Shown: positions 27,725 to 39,265, numbered from the stretch's first letter. The stretch is DNA of 64,000 bases from Verrucomicrobiia bacterium (GCA_963664225.1 OY760937.1:4928001-4992000); one strand, 5' to 3'. The notes: a model not told the origin generated them from the letters alone. Made by a program: numbers and translations.

Positions 27725-30529
27725 ATGACAAATACCAAAGATTCTGCCTTGGTCAGCTACACTAAAACCGTTTCAACCATAACGGCTTACGGTGTTATTA
27801 CGATCTCGATTCTCGTTTTGGCCGGATGGATTTTCCGCCTTTCGTTCCTGAAGAACTTCGGCCTCGGCATGGCGTCCATGGACCCATTCACGGCTATAAC
27901 GTTCCTTCTGACAGGTACTTCCATTTTGTTTTCCCAGCAGTCCAGGACCCGGAATCGACCCGGTCGTTTTATCGCGCTGATCCTTGCCTTTATCGTTGTA
28001 GTAATGGGCCTTTTCGCCCTGATCGACCATCTTTCAGGCTGGAATCGCGGTTTTTTCCAATGGTTTCAATGGGAACCCTCCGCAATCGCTTCCCTTCATG
28101 AATCCAGCCGCATGGGCCCCAACTCCGCTTCGATATTGCTCCTGGCAGGCATTTCGCTCGTCCTGATTGACACGCGCACCCGTGGTGGCCGCCATCCAGC
28201 GCTTTTTTTTACCGCTTTGGGCGGCGTCCTAACTTCCGTGGCGTTAGCGGGTTATGTTTATGGTGCCCCCCAGCTTTACGCGCCACTGGCATACTCCCAG
28301 GCGATTTCGTTCCCGGCGGTCATTGCGGGCATGCTGACTTTCCTTGGAATCTGGCTGGCGCGCCCCGGGTCGCTCTGGTTGTCCCTCCTGGCCGGGGACA
28401 AGGCAGGCAGCGTCATGGCCCGGAATTTTATTCTGCCGGTTCTCTTGGTGCCCATCTCGATCGATGTCGTCCTCATGTTGGGGCAATACGCCGGATTTTA
28501 CGATTATCATCTGGAGTCCGCAGCCCATGTCGTGCTCACCGAGCTGGTTTTTATTTTTTTCGTGATCATGGCGGCCCGTTCACTCAACGCCGCCGAGGCG
28601 CGACGATTTCAAGCTGAGGCTGAAAATGCGAGACTGGCGGCCATCGTTGCAACTTCGCAAGACGCAATCATTTCCAAAAATCTGGATGGCGCCATACAAA
28701 GCTGGAATCCGGCGGCCGAGCGGATGTTCGGCTATCGCGCCGAGGAGGTTCTCGGCAAATCCATAACCCTGATTCTGCCGCCCGAATTCATCCGTGAGGA
28801 AGAAAAAACTCTCCAGAAACTGGCCCTCGGCCAGCGCATTGAGCATTTCGAGACGGAGCGTCTGGGCCGGGATGGCCGTCGGCTTGAAGTCTCAGTCACC
28901 ATCTCGCCCTTGATGAACGCCGAAGGGCGAGTGGTTGGAGCCTCGAAAATCATCAGGGACATCAGCCAGCGCAAAAATGCGGAGGCTCGAATGCGTTTGC
29001 TCGCCGCGGCGCTTCAGGCGGCGGCCAATGCAATTTCCATTTCCGGGAGCGATGGGAGTATCCAATGGGTCAACGAGGCTTTTACACGATTGACCGGTTA
29101 CAGCGCTGAGGAATCCGCAGGCCTTAATCCAAGTGTGTTCAAGTCGGGACACCACGACGCGCAGTATTACCAGAAGATGTGGGAGACGGTTCTGGATAAA
29201 CGTGTTTGGCAGGGCGAATTGGTCAACAGGCGCAAGGACGGAAGTCTTTACCACGAGGAAATGACCGTCACGCCTGTAGTCGGTAGAGATGGGGCCATTA
29301 CCCATTTCATCGCGGTCAAACAGGACGTGACCGAGCGCAAACGCACGGAAGCCCGGATGCTGCGGCAGAACGCGCTTTTGGAGGGGATCAACCGCATTTT
29401 TGAGAAAGCCATTAGCGTCGGCACGGAGGTGGATCTGGGCCGGACTTGTCTTGAGGTGGCCGAGAAGGTGACTGGAAGCAAATTCGGATTCATCGGTAAA
29501 ACCAATGATCATGGCCTTGAAGAAATAGCCATAAGCGATCCTGGCTGGGCTGCCTCCAAAATGGCGGACAAGGACGGAAAAAGCAGTCCGTTTGGAGACT
29601 TTCCAATTCATGGTATTTACGGACGCGTGATTCTGGAGGGGAAGGGCTTCTTCACGAACGACCCAGCACATCAGCCTGATCGCATTGGGCTTCCGGATGG
29701 CCATCCTCCCCTGGAGGCATTTCTGGGCGTTCCGCTGATTCAGGAAGGCCGCGTGACCGGAATGATTGCGGTGGGGAATCGGGACGGCGGCTACACCGCC
29801 GACGAGTTGGAGGCGCTGGAGGCGCTGGCGCCTGTTTTGGTGGAAGTTTTCTCGCACAAAGGCAGCGAGACGGCACTGAAAAAGGCCCATGACGATTTGG
29901 AAGCCCGGGTGCAGGAACGCACTGCGGCTTTAAAGAAAGCCAATGAAACAGTGGAAGCTGAGAGGCGTCGGTTCAAAGATGTGTTGGATCAGTTACCGGC
30001 TTACCTGATATTGCTGGCGCCGGATTATCATGTGCCGTTTGCCAACCGTTTTTTCGAGGAACGTTTTGGCAAGGCCAATGGACGGAAGTGTTATGAATAC
30101 ATCTTTAACCGCACCGAGCCATGCGAGAGTTGCGAAACCAAGACTGTGCTGAAAACCAATGCCCCTCATCATTGGGGGTGGATAGGGCCGGATGGACGCG
30201 ATTACGATATCTTCGACTTCCCGTTCACCGATGCGGACGGTTCGCCGCTCATCATGGAGGTCGGACTGGACATCACCGAGCGCAAACGTGCGGATGCGGC
30301 ACTTAAGGCGCTGACTGAAACACTGGAGCGGCGGGTTACGGAACGGACCGCGGAACTGGTGGCAAGCAACGAGGAAGCCATGCATCTGAACCGCGCCATG
30401 GTGGGGCGCGAACTGCGCATGATCGAGTTGAAAAAGGAAGTCAATGCGCTATGCGTCCTTGTTTGCCAGCCGAAGCGTTACACCATCGATTTTGAGCAGA
30501 AATTGCCTGGAGTCTCCGGCAACCCATGA
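27725..30529 (+). CDS. Membrane PAS-PAS-GAF-PAS sensor with no kinase domain
   Basis: About 8 TM helices; SWNPAAERMFGY and KQDVTERK PAS/PAC motifs; ends GRELRMIELKKEVN with no H-box or G-boxes. Confidence 0.85.
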   Translation: MTNTKDSALVSYTKTVSTITAYGVITISILVLAGWIFRLSFLKNFGLGMASMDPFTAITFLLTGTSILFSQQSRTRNRPGRFIALILAFIVVVMGLFALIDHLSGWNRGFFQWFQWEPSAIASLHESSRMGPNSASILLLAGISLVLIDTRTRGGRHPALFFTALGGVLTSVALAGYVYGAPQLYAPLAYSQAISFPAVIAGMLTFLGIWLARPGSLWLSLLAGDKAGSVMARNFILPVLLVPISIDVVLMLGQYAGFYDYHLESAAHVVLTELVFIFFVIMAARSLNAAEARRFQAEAENARLAAIVATSQDAIISKNLDGAIQSWNPAAERMFGYRAEEVLGKSITLILPPEFIREEEKTLQKLALGQRIEHFETERLGRDGRRLEVSVTISPLMNAEGRVVGASKIIRDISQRKNAEARMRLLAAALQAAANAISISGSDGSIQWVNEAFTRLTGYSAEESAGLNPSVFKSGHHDAQYYQKMWETVLDKRVWQGELVNRRKDGSLYHEEMTVTPVVGRDGAITHFIAVKQDVTERKRTEARMLRQNALLEGINRIFEKAISVGTEVDLGRTCLEVAEKVTGSKFGFIGKTNDHGLEEIAISDPGWAASKMADKDGKSSPFGDFPIHGIYGRVILEGKGFFTNDPAHQPDRIGLPDGHPPLEAFLGVPLIQEGRVTGMIAVGNRDGGYTADELEALEALAPVLVEVFSHKGSETALKKAHDDLEARVQERTAALKKANETVEAERRRFKDVLDQLPAYLILLAPDYHVPFANRFFEERFGKANGRKCYEYIFNRTEPCESCETKTVLKTNAPHHWGWIGPDGRDYDIFDFPFTDADGSPLIMEVGLDITERKRADAALKALTETLERRVTERTAELVASNEEAMHLNRAMVGRELRMIELKKEVNALCVLVCQPKRYTIDFEQKLPGVSGNP

Positions 30530-33500
30530 CAACGCCTCTTAAATTCCACCCGCCTCTTTGGGCCTGGATGCCTGCCCCAATCTTATTATTGGGGATGATT
30601 GGGCTGTGGATGGGGGATTTGCGAACCTCCCACGAGTCATCGGGGTTGCTCCTTGGCCTGAATTTCACGTTCTCAACGCTGGCGTCCCTGGTTGTTGCAT
30701 TTTTGGCCGCGCGAAATTATCTGGCCCGCGCCGATGCAAGGATGCTGCTGATGGGAAGCGGGGTCTTGATCTGGGGCTTGGGCAGCCTGGTGGCGAGTTT
30801 TCTTGGACAAGGGAATCCAAATACGGTTGTGACGATCCACAATGTCAGCGTTTGGATTGCGGCATGCGTCCTATTGTCTTGCTCTAGTCTTTCGCGCGCG
30901 CAGCGGGGGATCGCAGGCGCGTCCATTTGGCGGATTGGCGCGGCATATGCCGTGGCACTGGGTCTGGTCTGGCTGGTCGCGCAAGCCGTGAGATCCGATT
31001 GGCTGCCGGTATTTTTCGTTCAGGGCGAGGGGGGGACACTGGTCCGGCAGTTTGTGCTTTGTTCGGCAATTTCCTTGCTGATCCTCAGTGCAGCGCTGAT
31101 GCGGCCGGTAATGGGGGGGGGCTGGACCGCGTTCGCATTTTGGTATGCCATGGCGCTGTTGTTGCTGGCGGCCGGGTTGTTTGGCGCCTTGATACAGTCG
31201 GTTGTCGGCAGTCTGTTGGGATGGACTGGCCGCGTGGCGCAATTTCTCGGAGGCGCTTATTTGCTGGCTGCGGCTTATGTATCGGCGCGGGAAGTCGGCG
31301 ATCCGGATTTATTGCCGCACGAGGGCCGGGGCGGGCCGTGGCAAAAGTATCTGGTGACGATTGCAATTGTCGTCGTCGCCGCCACCGTGCGACTGGTATT
31401 TTTCCATTCGTTTGAGACGCGCCCCCCATACATTACGTTCTATCCGGCGGTGATGTTCGCCGCGCTCAACGGCGGGTTGCGTCCGGGCCTTGTGGCCACA
31501 GTTCTATCGGCCTTGCTGCTCAACTTCCTCGTGACCGAGCAGGGAGAGAAACATGCTTTTCCCGATGCGGCCAATTTACTGGCCACGGCGATCTTCGTCG
31601 TAAGCGGCGTGATGCTCTCCTGGATCACTGAGGCAATGCACCGTGCCAGGGAGAGCCTGAGCAAATCGAACGAAGTACTGGAACAGCGTGTTATCGAACG
31701 GACTGAGAAGTTCGAAACCGCCAACCAAGTACTGCGCGCGGAAATTGAGCAACGCAGGCAGGTTGAGGAGGCGTTGCGGGGGAGCGAGGAACGGCAGCGG
31801 CTTCTTTCGGAAACGATGTTGCAGGGGGTGGTTCACCAGGATGCCAGCGGAAGGATCCTTGCGATGAATCCGGCTGCCGAACAGATTCTGGGCAAGAGCC
31901 GCGACGAGTATCTGGGCAGCAGTTTGGAACCGGAGTCCGAGCACACGATCCGCGAGGACGGTTCACCATTCCCCGGCGGCGCGCACCCAGCGATGGAAGC
32001 ACTGCGGCTTGGACATCGGGTCAGTGGCGTGGTGATGGGGATTTACAATCCGCAGCGAAAAGAACGGCGCTGGATCAAGATCGACGCGGTGCCGGTATCG
32101 CGGCAGGCCAGGACGGCACCCATGGAAGTTTACTCGGTGTTTGAGGATATTACGGAACGCAGGAAGGTGGAGCAGGCTCTTCGGGAAAGCGAACAGCGGG
32201 TGCTATCGGTACTCCAATCGGCCTCGATTGGCACTTTCGAGGTCGATCTTCAAACCGGTGAAGAGCGATGGAACTCCATCGAATACGGTCTATTGGGTTT
32301 GAACCCGGACAAGGTTGCTGCGAAGCCTGAAAGCCTCTTTCGCCACGTTCATCCCGACGATATTGATTCGCTCAAATCCAGATGGGCGAAAGCATTGAAT
32401 ACCGGGGAGTTGGATGTGGAGTTTCGAATATTGCACGCTGACGGCCGGGAACGCTGGCTGGCGGGAAAGGGAAGATTCGTTGTCAACAACGAAGGAAAAC
32501 CGACTCACTTTCTGGGAATCAATTTTGATATTACCGGGCGCCGGCAGGTTGAAGAATTTCTGCGACGCAGCGAAGCGCTCTACCGCTCGATAGGCGAGAG
32601 CATGGATTTTGGCACGTGGACCAGCGATCCGAATGGACGGAATACATACGCCAGCAACAGTTTTCTAGCGCTCACTGGACTTTCGCAGGAGCAGTTGTCT
32701 GAATTGGACTGGAGCGGTATCGTGGAGCCGGTGGATGCGGAACGCGCCAAAGCGCAATGGGAGGAATGTGTCCGGACTGGCGGTAATTGGGATTTCGAGT
32801 ATCGGATTCACGGCGCTGACGATCAATGGCACTATATCCTCGCTCGTGGCACGCCGGTGAAGGACGAGCGGGGGCGCATTCTTTGCTGGGCGGGCATTAA
32901 TCTCGATATCAGCCGGCTGATGCGTGCGGAGGAGGCATTGCGCCAGAGCGAGCAGCAATGGAAGGTCATGGCCAACGCCATGCCGCAACTTGCGTGGATC
33001 GCCCAGGCCGATGGTTACATGACCTGGTATAACCAGCGTTGGTACGATTACACAGGTACGACACCGGTGCAAATGGCAGGATGGGGTTGGGAGGGGGTGC
33101 ATCATCCCGCAGTGCTTCCGCAAGTGCTGGTTGAGTGGAAGAAATCGCTGGAAACCGGTCAATCCTTTGAGATGGAGTTTCCTCTGAAGGGTGCCGACGG
33201 CGTTTATCGTCCGTTTTTGACTCGGGCGTTCCCAATGAAGGATGACGCCGGGCATGTATTGCAGTGGCTGGGCACCAACACGGACATCACCGGACGAAAG
33301 CAGGCGGAAGGCAAACTGCGCGATTCCACGTTGCGATTGCAATCCGCCAACAACGCCCTAAAGGACTCCCGTCGCGCCGCGTTGAATCTGATGGATGACG
33401 CATTGCACGCGCGCCAGCAGGCCGAAAATCTCAACGTGGAACTGCGCCGCGAAGTTGACGAGCGCAAACGGACTGAAGAGAGACTGCACCGACTCAACCG

Positions 33501-35619
33501 CATACTAAACGCGTGCAGCCGCAGCGATCAGGCCATGATGCGCGTCCAGGCGGAATCGGAATACCTGGAGGAAGTCTGCCAGATCGTGGTGCAGGACTGC
33601 GGATATCCGATAGCCTGGATCGGTATTGCCGAGCAGGACGAGGCCAAAACCGTGCGGCCTGTGGCTTGGGCGGGCTTTGAGGACGGATATCTGGAAAAGT
33701 TGCGTATCACCTGGTCAGACTCGGAACGAGGGATGGGTCCAACCGGGACGGCGATTCGGACGGGAAAATTAAGTCTTTGCCGGAACATGCTCACCGATCC
33801 TCAATTCATGCCGTGGCGTGAGGAGGCCTACAAGCGCGGATATGCCGCCTCCATCGCCCTGCCATTAAGGGCCGAAGGTGTGGTGCTTGGCGCTCTTACG
33901 ATTTATTCGCGGGATCTGAATCCGTTTACAGAAGAGGATGTCGGATTGCTGGGTAAATTGGCCGAAGACCTGGCCTACGGCATCACCGCGCTCCGTTTGC
34001 GAGAGGCTCATCGAAAAGCCGAGCTGGCGCTCCGGGAAAGCGAGGCGCGCTACCGGAACCTATTCAGCTCAATGAGTGAGGGTTTTGTCCTGCACGAGCT
34101 AATCTGCGACGCCGAGGGCCGCCCTTGCGACTGTCGGATTCTGGAAGTCAATCCGGCGTATGAGCGCCTGACGGGCCTGCGCGGCGCCGATCTGATAGGC
34201 AGGACCATGCTTGAAGTCATGCCCGAGACCGAGCCGATGTGGATCGAACGCTTTGGCCGTGTGGCGCTGACAGGCGAACCGGATCACTTCGATGGGGAGA
34301 ATCGGGTTTTGGGACGGTGGTATGAAGTCTATGTCTCGCGGACTGAGACGGGGCGGTTTGCCGTGGTGTTTTTGAATGTGACCGAGCGCAAAAAGGCCGA
34401 GGAAGCGTTGCGACGAAGCAATGGACGGATCAATCTGCTGGCCGAGACGGCGAGCGAATTATTAAAAAGCGATTCGCCGCTTACCATTATAAATTCGCTA
34501 TGCCAGAGGGTGCTCGCCTTTTTGGACTGCCAGGCATTTTTCAACTTCCTCGTCGATGAAAATAAAGGCCGACTGCACTTGAACGCGTGCGGCGGCATTT
34601 CCGAGGAGGATGCGCGCAAAATCGAATGGCTTGATTACGGCATGGCCGTATGCGGATGCGTGGCTCGCGACGGCTGCCGCATCGTGGTGGAGGATATTGC
34701 GGCTTCGCAGGATCCACGCGTGGACCTGGTGAAAGGTTTTGGGATGGCGGCTTACGCCTGCCATCCACTGATGGTTGGCAAGCGATTGCTGGGGACACTC
34801 TCCTTTGGCACGCGGACGCGCGCCCATTTCGAGGAGGAGGAATTGTCCCTGATGATGGCGGTGACTGACCAGGTGGCCATTGCGATAGAAAGCCAGCGGG
34901 CCGAGGAGGCGCTGAGACTTGCAGCGGAAGATCTGGCGCGTTCGAACCGGGACCTGGAGCAGTTCGCCTACGTGGCCTCGCACGATTTGCAGGAACCACT
35001 CCGGGCCGTGTCCGGTTACACTCAACTGCTCCAGAATCGCTACCCGGACCAACTGGACGAAAAGGGGCGGCAATATATTGCCGGGGCGGCGGATGGCGCC
35101 ATCCGGATGCAAACGCTCATCCACGATCTGTTGGCATTTTCTCGGGTGAGCACTCAGGGCAAGTCCTTTGAACCGACAGATCTCAATGTGGTCCTAACAA
35201 AGGCGCTTGAGAATCTTGCGGTGACCCTGCGAGAGGCCTCCCCGAAAGTTACTTCCGGCCTGTTGCCCACAGTCCGGGTGGATCCAACACAGATCGCTCA
35301 GTTGTTCCAGAACCTGATCGGCAATGCGATCAAGTTCAGGAACAATCGACCGTTGGAAATCGATATCAGCGCGCGCCGGGAGACGGCTCAATGGGTTCTG
35401 TCCGTGCGCGATAATGGGATTGGCATCGAGCCACAGTATTTTGAGCGCATTTTCCAGATTTTCCAGCGCTTGCACACCCGATTGGCCTACCCTGGCACAG
35501 GGATTGGCCTGGCGGTCTGCAAAAGGATTGTGGAACGCCACGGAGGCAAAATCTGGGTGGAGTCGCAGCCTGGCGCGGGATCCACTTTCCACTTTACGAT
35601 CAGCGACAATCCATCATGA
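30526..35619 (+). CDS. Multi-PAS/GAF membrane sensor histidine kinase
   Basis: YVASHDLQEPLR H-box; NLIGNAIKF, DNGIGI and GTGIGLA motifs; ATGA overlap with the upstream gene. Confidence 0.93.
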   Translation: MTTPLKFHPPLWAWMPAPILLLGMIGLWMGDLRTSHESSGLLLGLNFTFSTLASLVVAFLAARNYLARADARMLLMGSGVLIWGLGSLVASFLGQGNPNTVVTIHNVSVWIAACVLLSCSSLSRAQRGIAGASIWRIGAAYAVALGLVWLVAQAVRSDWLPVFFVQGEGGTLVRQFVLCSAISLLILSAALMRPVMGGGWTAFAFWYAMALLLLAAGLFGALIQSVVGSLLGWTGRVAQFLGGAYLLAAAYVSAREVGDPDLLPHEGRGGPWQKYLVTIAIVVVAATVRLVFFHSFETRPPYITFYPAVMFAALNGGLRPGLVATVLSALLLNFLVTEQGEKHAFPDAANLLATAIFVVSGVMLSWITEAMHRARESLSKSNEVLEQRVIERTEKFETANQVLRAEIEQRRQVEEALRGSEERQRLLSETMLQGVVHQDASGRILAMNPAAEQILGKSRDEYLGSSLEPESEHTIREDGSPFPGGAHPAMEALRLGHRVSGVVMGIYNPQRKERRWIKIDAVPVSRQARTAPMEVYSVFEDITERRKVEQALRESEQRVLSVLQSASIGTFEVDLQTGEERWNSIEYGLLGLNPDKVAAKPESLFRHVHPDDIDSLKSRWAKALNTGELDVEFRILHADGRERWLAGKGRFVVNNEGKPTHFLGINFDITGRRQVEEFLRRSEALYRSIGESMDFGTWTSDPNGRNTYASNSFLALTGLSQEQLSELDWSGIVEPVDAERAKAQWEECVRTGGNWDFEYRIHGADDQWHYILARGTPVKDERGRILCWAGINLDISRLMRAEEALRQSEQQWKVMANAMPQLAWIAQADGYMTWYNQRWYDYTGTTPVQMAGWGWEGVHHPAVLPQVLVEWKKSLETGQSFEMEFPLKGADGVYRPFLTRAFPMKDDAGHVLQWLGTNTDITGRKQAEGKLRDSTLRLQSANNALKDSRRAALNLMDDALHARQQAENLNVELRREVDERKRTEERLHRLNRILNACSRSDQAMMRVQAESEYLEEVCQIVVQDCGYPIAWIGIAEQDEAKTVRPVAWAGFEDGYLEKLRITWSDSERGMGPTGTAIRTGKLSLCRNMLTDPQFMPWREEAYKRGYAASIALPLRAEGVVLGALTIYSRDLNPFTEEDVGLLGKLAEDLAYGITALRLREAHRKAELALRESEARYRNLFSSMSEGFVLHELICDAEGRPCDCRILEVNPAYERLTGLRGADLIGRTMLEVMPETEPMWIERFGRVALTGEPDHFDGENRVLGRWYEVYVSRTETGRFAVVFLNVTERKKAEEALRRSNGRINLLAETASELLKSDSPLTIINSLCQRVLAFLDCQAFFNFLVDENKGRLHLNACGGISEEDARKIEWLDYGMAVCGCVARDGCRIVVEDIAASQDPRVDLVKGFGMAAYACHPLMVGKRLLGTLSFGTRTRAHFEEEELSLMMAVTDQVAIAIESQRAEEALRLAAEDLARSNRDLEQFAYVASHDLQEPLRAVSGYTQLLQNRYPDQLDEKGRQYIAGAADGAIRMQTLIHDLLAFSRVSTQGKSFEPTDLNVVLTKALENLAVTLREASPKVTSGLLPTVRVDPTQIAQLFQNLIGNAIKFRNNRPLEIDISARRETAQWVLSVRDNGIGIEPQYFERIFQIFQRLHTRLAYPGTGIGLAVCKRIVERHGGKIWVESQPGAGSTFHFTISDNPS

Positions 35620-35746
35620 TAAACATTTTAAGCATGAGCCACAGCAATATTAGGAGTCGGGCAATGGGGCAGGTTGCAGGAAGCAGCCGGTTGTCAGGCT
35701 TGCGCTTCCGATGCGTGTCTGGCCGAACGAATATCCACGCCTGGAA

Positions 35747-36199
35747 ATGATGACGACAATGAATCCTGACAAACCGATAGAAATTCTACTGGTGGATGAC
35801 AGCCCCAGCGATACGGATTTGACTGTCGAAGCCTTGCAGGAAGGCAAAATCCGCAACCATCTCAGCACGGTGGAGGACGGTGTCCGTGCGATGCAATTTC
35901 TCCGGCGCGAGGGGGAATACGCGCAGGCGCCCCGACCGGATTTGATTCTGCTGGACTTGAATCTGCCGCGCAAGGACGGGCGCGAAGTCCTGGCGGAAAT
36001 CAAGGCGGATCCGGATCTGAAGACCATACCGGTGGTGATAATGACCACTTCGCAGGCCGAAAAGGATGTGGACCAGGCCTATCAATTGAATGCGAATTGT
36101 TATGTCACCAAACCGCTGGACTTTTTGCAATTTGTGGCCCTGGTCAGAAGCATCGAGAATTTCTGGCTCACCATCGTCACGCTGCCACGGAGGGATTAG
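35747..36199 (+). CDS. Single-domain response regulator (Rcp1-like)
   Basis: [25 protein letters not shown] and FWLTIV motifs. Confidence 0.9.
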   Translation: MMTTMNPDKPIEILLVDDSPSDTDLTVEALQEGKIRNHLSTVEDGVRAMQFLRREGEYAQAPRPDLILLDLNLPRKDGREVLAEIKADPDLKTIPVVIMTTSQAEKDVDQAYQLNANCYVTKPLDFLQFVALVRSIENFWLTIVTLPRRD

Positions 36200-36393
36200 G
36201 TGGATGAGCGAGGTTAAACGGATCATTCGAGTGTGGACGATTTCATGATTCCGGATTGATCGTCCGAGTCGAGAGTCGGAGTCCCGGTTACGGCTTATAA
36301 CCTGGTTCCAGAAATGGCAAAATAAGAATGTCGGAATTTGAAAGCAAGAAACGGGCGGGTATGGTATATTTGCCTTATGATGGCCAACCCGTC

Positions 36394-38286
36394 ATGAAAG
36401 CCGCGCCAATCAGAGTGCTGTTGGTGGAAGACAGCCCTTCAGACGCCCAATTGCTGCAGGACCACCTTGAGTCCACGGCGGAAAATCATTTTGGTTTCAC
36501 TCATTGCGAGAACTTGCGGGAAGCTTTGGAGCATCTGAACAAGGGGTTGTTCGATGTGTTGCTTCTGGATCTCTCCCTCCCTGATAGCTCCGGCAGAGAA
36601 ACGTTCCTTCAGGCGCGCGCGGCCGCTCCAATGGTTCCCATTATACTACTGACCGGTTTGGATGATGAGGCGCTCGGCATCGAGGCCGTTCGACACGACA
36701 TTCAGGACTATATCGTCAAGGGGCAGGCGGATGGCCGTCAAATCGCCCGGTCTATTCGTTATGCCATCGAAAGGAAGCGGGCGCAGGAGCAGTTGCGTCT
36801 GCAAGCGGCGGCATTGCAGTCCGCGGCCAATGCCATCCTGATTACAAACTATGAAGGAATCATCATGTGGGTGAATGCCGCCTTCACTCGTTTGACCGGC
36901 TATAATGTTCAGGAAATTGTGGGGCAGAATCCGCGCCTGCTCAAGTCCGGACTGCAGGATGCGGCGTTTTATCAAGGGCTCTGGGGTCCGATCCAGGCAG
37001 GTCAACCTTGGCATGGGGAATTGATCAACAAACGCAAGGATGGCACGCTGTATATCGACGAAACGACGATCACCCCATTGACCGATCCCCGCGGGAAGAT
37101 CACCCACTTTATCGCCGTCAAACAGGATGTAACCGACCGAAAACAGGCGGAAAACAGTCTTAGATTTCAGGCCCGGATGCTGGACACTGTGGGGCAGGCA
37201 GTTATTGCCACGGATCTGGATCGGCGTATTACTTATTGGAATGAGGCCGCCGCGCAACTTTTTGGCTGGTCCAAGGAAGAGGTGCTGGGAAAAGTGCTGG
37301 CGGAAGTGTTGCCTCCGCAGGCGAGCTGCGAGACGCTCAGTGAAATCACCGCCGCGTTAACCAGCGGTAATGGCTGGTCGGGGGAGTTCGCAGTCCGCAA
37401 TCGGGAAGGCGGGCTTGTGGAACTGCACACGACCAATACCCCGATGTGCGATGAGAAGGGCACTCTCATTGGTTACATAAGTATTGGATTGGATCTGACG
37501 GAGCGCAAACGGATGGAGGATGCCCTGCGCCGGGCGCATGACGAGTTGGAGGAAAGGGTCCGGGAGCGAACTTCCGAACTGGTGACGGCCAACGCCGCCC
37601 TGCAAAGAGAAATTGCCCAGCGTCATTCTCTCGAGGCGCAGCTTGTTGAGATTGCTGAAGCCGAGCAGCGCCGGATAGGCCGGGATCTGCACGACGGCCT
37701 GTGCCAGCAACTGGCTGGAATTGCCTACTTGTGCAGTGTCACCCAGGAGCGCCTGGCCCGGAATGCTCCCGCTGAAGCCGGGGCGATGGCTCAAATCACC
37801 CGGCTCATTCAGGAGTCGAATTCTCAGGCCCACGGTCTGACGCTCGGTCTCAATCCAGTCAACCTTGCTGCAGATGGATTGATGGTGGCGCTGCAGAACC
37901 TTGTGGCAAACCTCCACAAGCTTTATGCCATCCCCACGCACTTTGATTGCAGCGAGCCGGTCCTCCTTCGCGACCACACAGCGGCCACCCATCTTTACCG
38001 AATCGCGCAGGAAGCCCTGAGCAACGCCGCCAAGCATGCCAGGGCCACGCAAATTATCCTGCGGCTGACCTCCACGGCAGAACTGCTCTCTTTGGTGGTC
38101 AAAGACAACGGCGTGGGTATTATTTCTGCGCACACGCGCGGAACCGGCATGGGTTTGGAAACCATGCGGTTTCGGGCCCGTTCCATCGGGGCTACTTTGA
38201 GTATTGAGAACAATGCCAGACAAGGGACGGTGGTGAATTGCACGCTGCCCTTGAAAACCCTTTCTCGCAGCCAAACCAACGCATGA
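36394..38286 (+). CDS. REC-PAS-PAS-HisKA_3 histidine kinase
   Basis: N-terminal receiver; EQRRIGRDLHDGLCQ, QEALSNAAKHA and DNGVG motifs; start could be 36328. Confidence 0.9.
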   Translation: MKAAPIRVLLVEDSPSDAQLLQDHLESTAENHFGFTHCENLREALEHLNKGLFDVLLLDLSLPDSSGRETFLQARAAAPMVPIILLTGLDDEALGIEAVRHDIQDYIVKGQADGRQIARSIRYAIERKRAQEQLRLQAAALQSAANAILITNYEGIIMWVNAAFTRLTGYNVQEIVGQNPRLLKSGLQDAAFYQGLWGPIQAGQPWHGELINKRKDGTLYIDETTITPLTDPRGKITHFIAVKQDVTDRKQAENSLRFQARMLDTVGQAVIATDLDRRITYWNEAAAQLFGWSKEEVLGKVLAEVLPPQASCETLSEITAALTSGNGWSGEFAVRNREGGLVELHTTNTPMCDEKGTLIGYISIGLDLTERKRMEDALRRAHDELEERVRERTSELVTANAALQREIAQRHSLEAQLVEIAEAEQRRIGRDLHDGLCQQLAGIAYLCSVTQERLARNAPAEAGAMAQITRLIQESNSQAHGLTLGLNPVNLAADGLMVALQNLVANLHKLYAIPTHFDCSEPVLLRDHTAATHLYRIAQEALSNAAKHARATQIILRLTSTAELLSLVVKDNGVGIISAHTRGTGMGLETMRFRARSIGATLSIENNARQGTVVNCTLPLKTLSRSQTNA

Positions 38287-38996
38287 ACAGCTCGCTTTCA
38301 ACCTCTGCGGAGCACGGAACCGCTTCACATTCAGCAGCCCGCAAGGCCCGTCTTTTGCTTGTGGACGATCATCCCATCTTCCTGCAGGGCGTGACCGCAG
38401 TGCTCGAACCGCAACCTGATTTGAGTGTGTGCGGTCATGCGACCAACACCCGGGACGCCTTGCGCTCCGTTGAGAGCTTAAAACCGGACCTGATGCTGCT
38501 CGATGTGTCCCTGGATGGCTCGCACGGCATTGACTTGCTCAAGGATCTCAAAGTCTATCATCCCGACCTGCCGGTGATTGTGCTTTCAATGCACGATGAA
38601 ACCCTTTACGCGGAGAGTGCTTTGAGGGCCGGCGCCAAAGGTTATGTCATGAAAAGGCAACCCTCCCAGCATCTTCTGGAGGCGATTCGGAAGGTTTTGC
38701 GGGGCGGCATGGCCTTCAGCGAGGAGATTACCGCCCGGATGTTGAACGGTGCTTCCGGCAGAGCCGATGGACGAAATCCGCTCCCTACGGATCGATTGAG
38801 CGATCGCGAACGGCAGATATTGGAATTGATCGGGCAGGGCCTGTCCACACGTAAGATCTCGGAAGCCCTGCATATCAGCATCAAGACGGTGCAAGCCCAT
38901 CGCGAGAACCTGAAGGTCAAACTGGAAATGCTGGATGGTCTTGCGTTGAATCGTTTCGCGGTGCATTGGGTGGAGACCGACCGCCGTTCAATTTAG
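38283..38996 (+). CDS. NarL/LuxR family response regulator
   Basis: LLVDDHP, LSMHDE and LSDRE..IL.LIG.G...ISIKTV.AH motifs; ATGA overlap. Confidence 0.93.
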   Translation: MNSSLSTSAEHGTASHSAARKARLLLVDDHPIFLQGVTAVLEPQPDLSVCGHATNTRDALRSVESLKPDLMLLDVSLDGSHGIDLLKDLKVYHPDLPVIVLSMHDETLYAESALRAGAKGYVMKRQPSQHLLEAIRKVLRGGMAFSEEITARMLNGASGRADGRNPLPTDRLSDRERQILELIGQGLSTRKISEALHISIKTVQAHRENLKVKLEMLDGLALNRFAVHWVETDRRSI

Positions 38997-39265
38997 AACA
39001 CGGTTCGTCGTGTTTGCGCCGCAGAGAACGAGGGGGATTCATTGAATACTCGAGGGGTATCTTTATCTCATACGTCCTGGGTCGGAAAATGCGATCGATT
39101 GACTGTCAGAAAAAATTAGTTTTCTAAAATTTGACGGAATCAGGAGCAAGAAGAACATTGTGCTGGCTGGCGAGTGAAGTAATCAAGGAACGGCAATCCG
39201 CCCGGGCGGGCGGAGGTTCTAAACGAAAAGGCGCGTTCGTGATGTGATTGCAGGGCCAGTTAATA

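Noticed and set aside
30526..36199. Bacteriophytochrome call for the large kinase
   Set aside because: The kinase and receiver are Cph1/Rcp1-like, but no PAS-GAF-PHY photosensory core or DIP motif was seen
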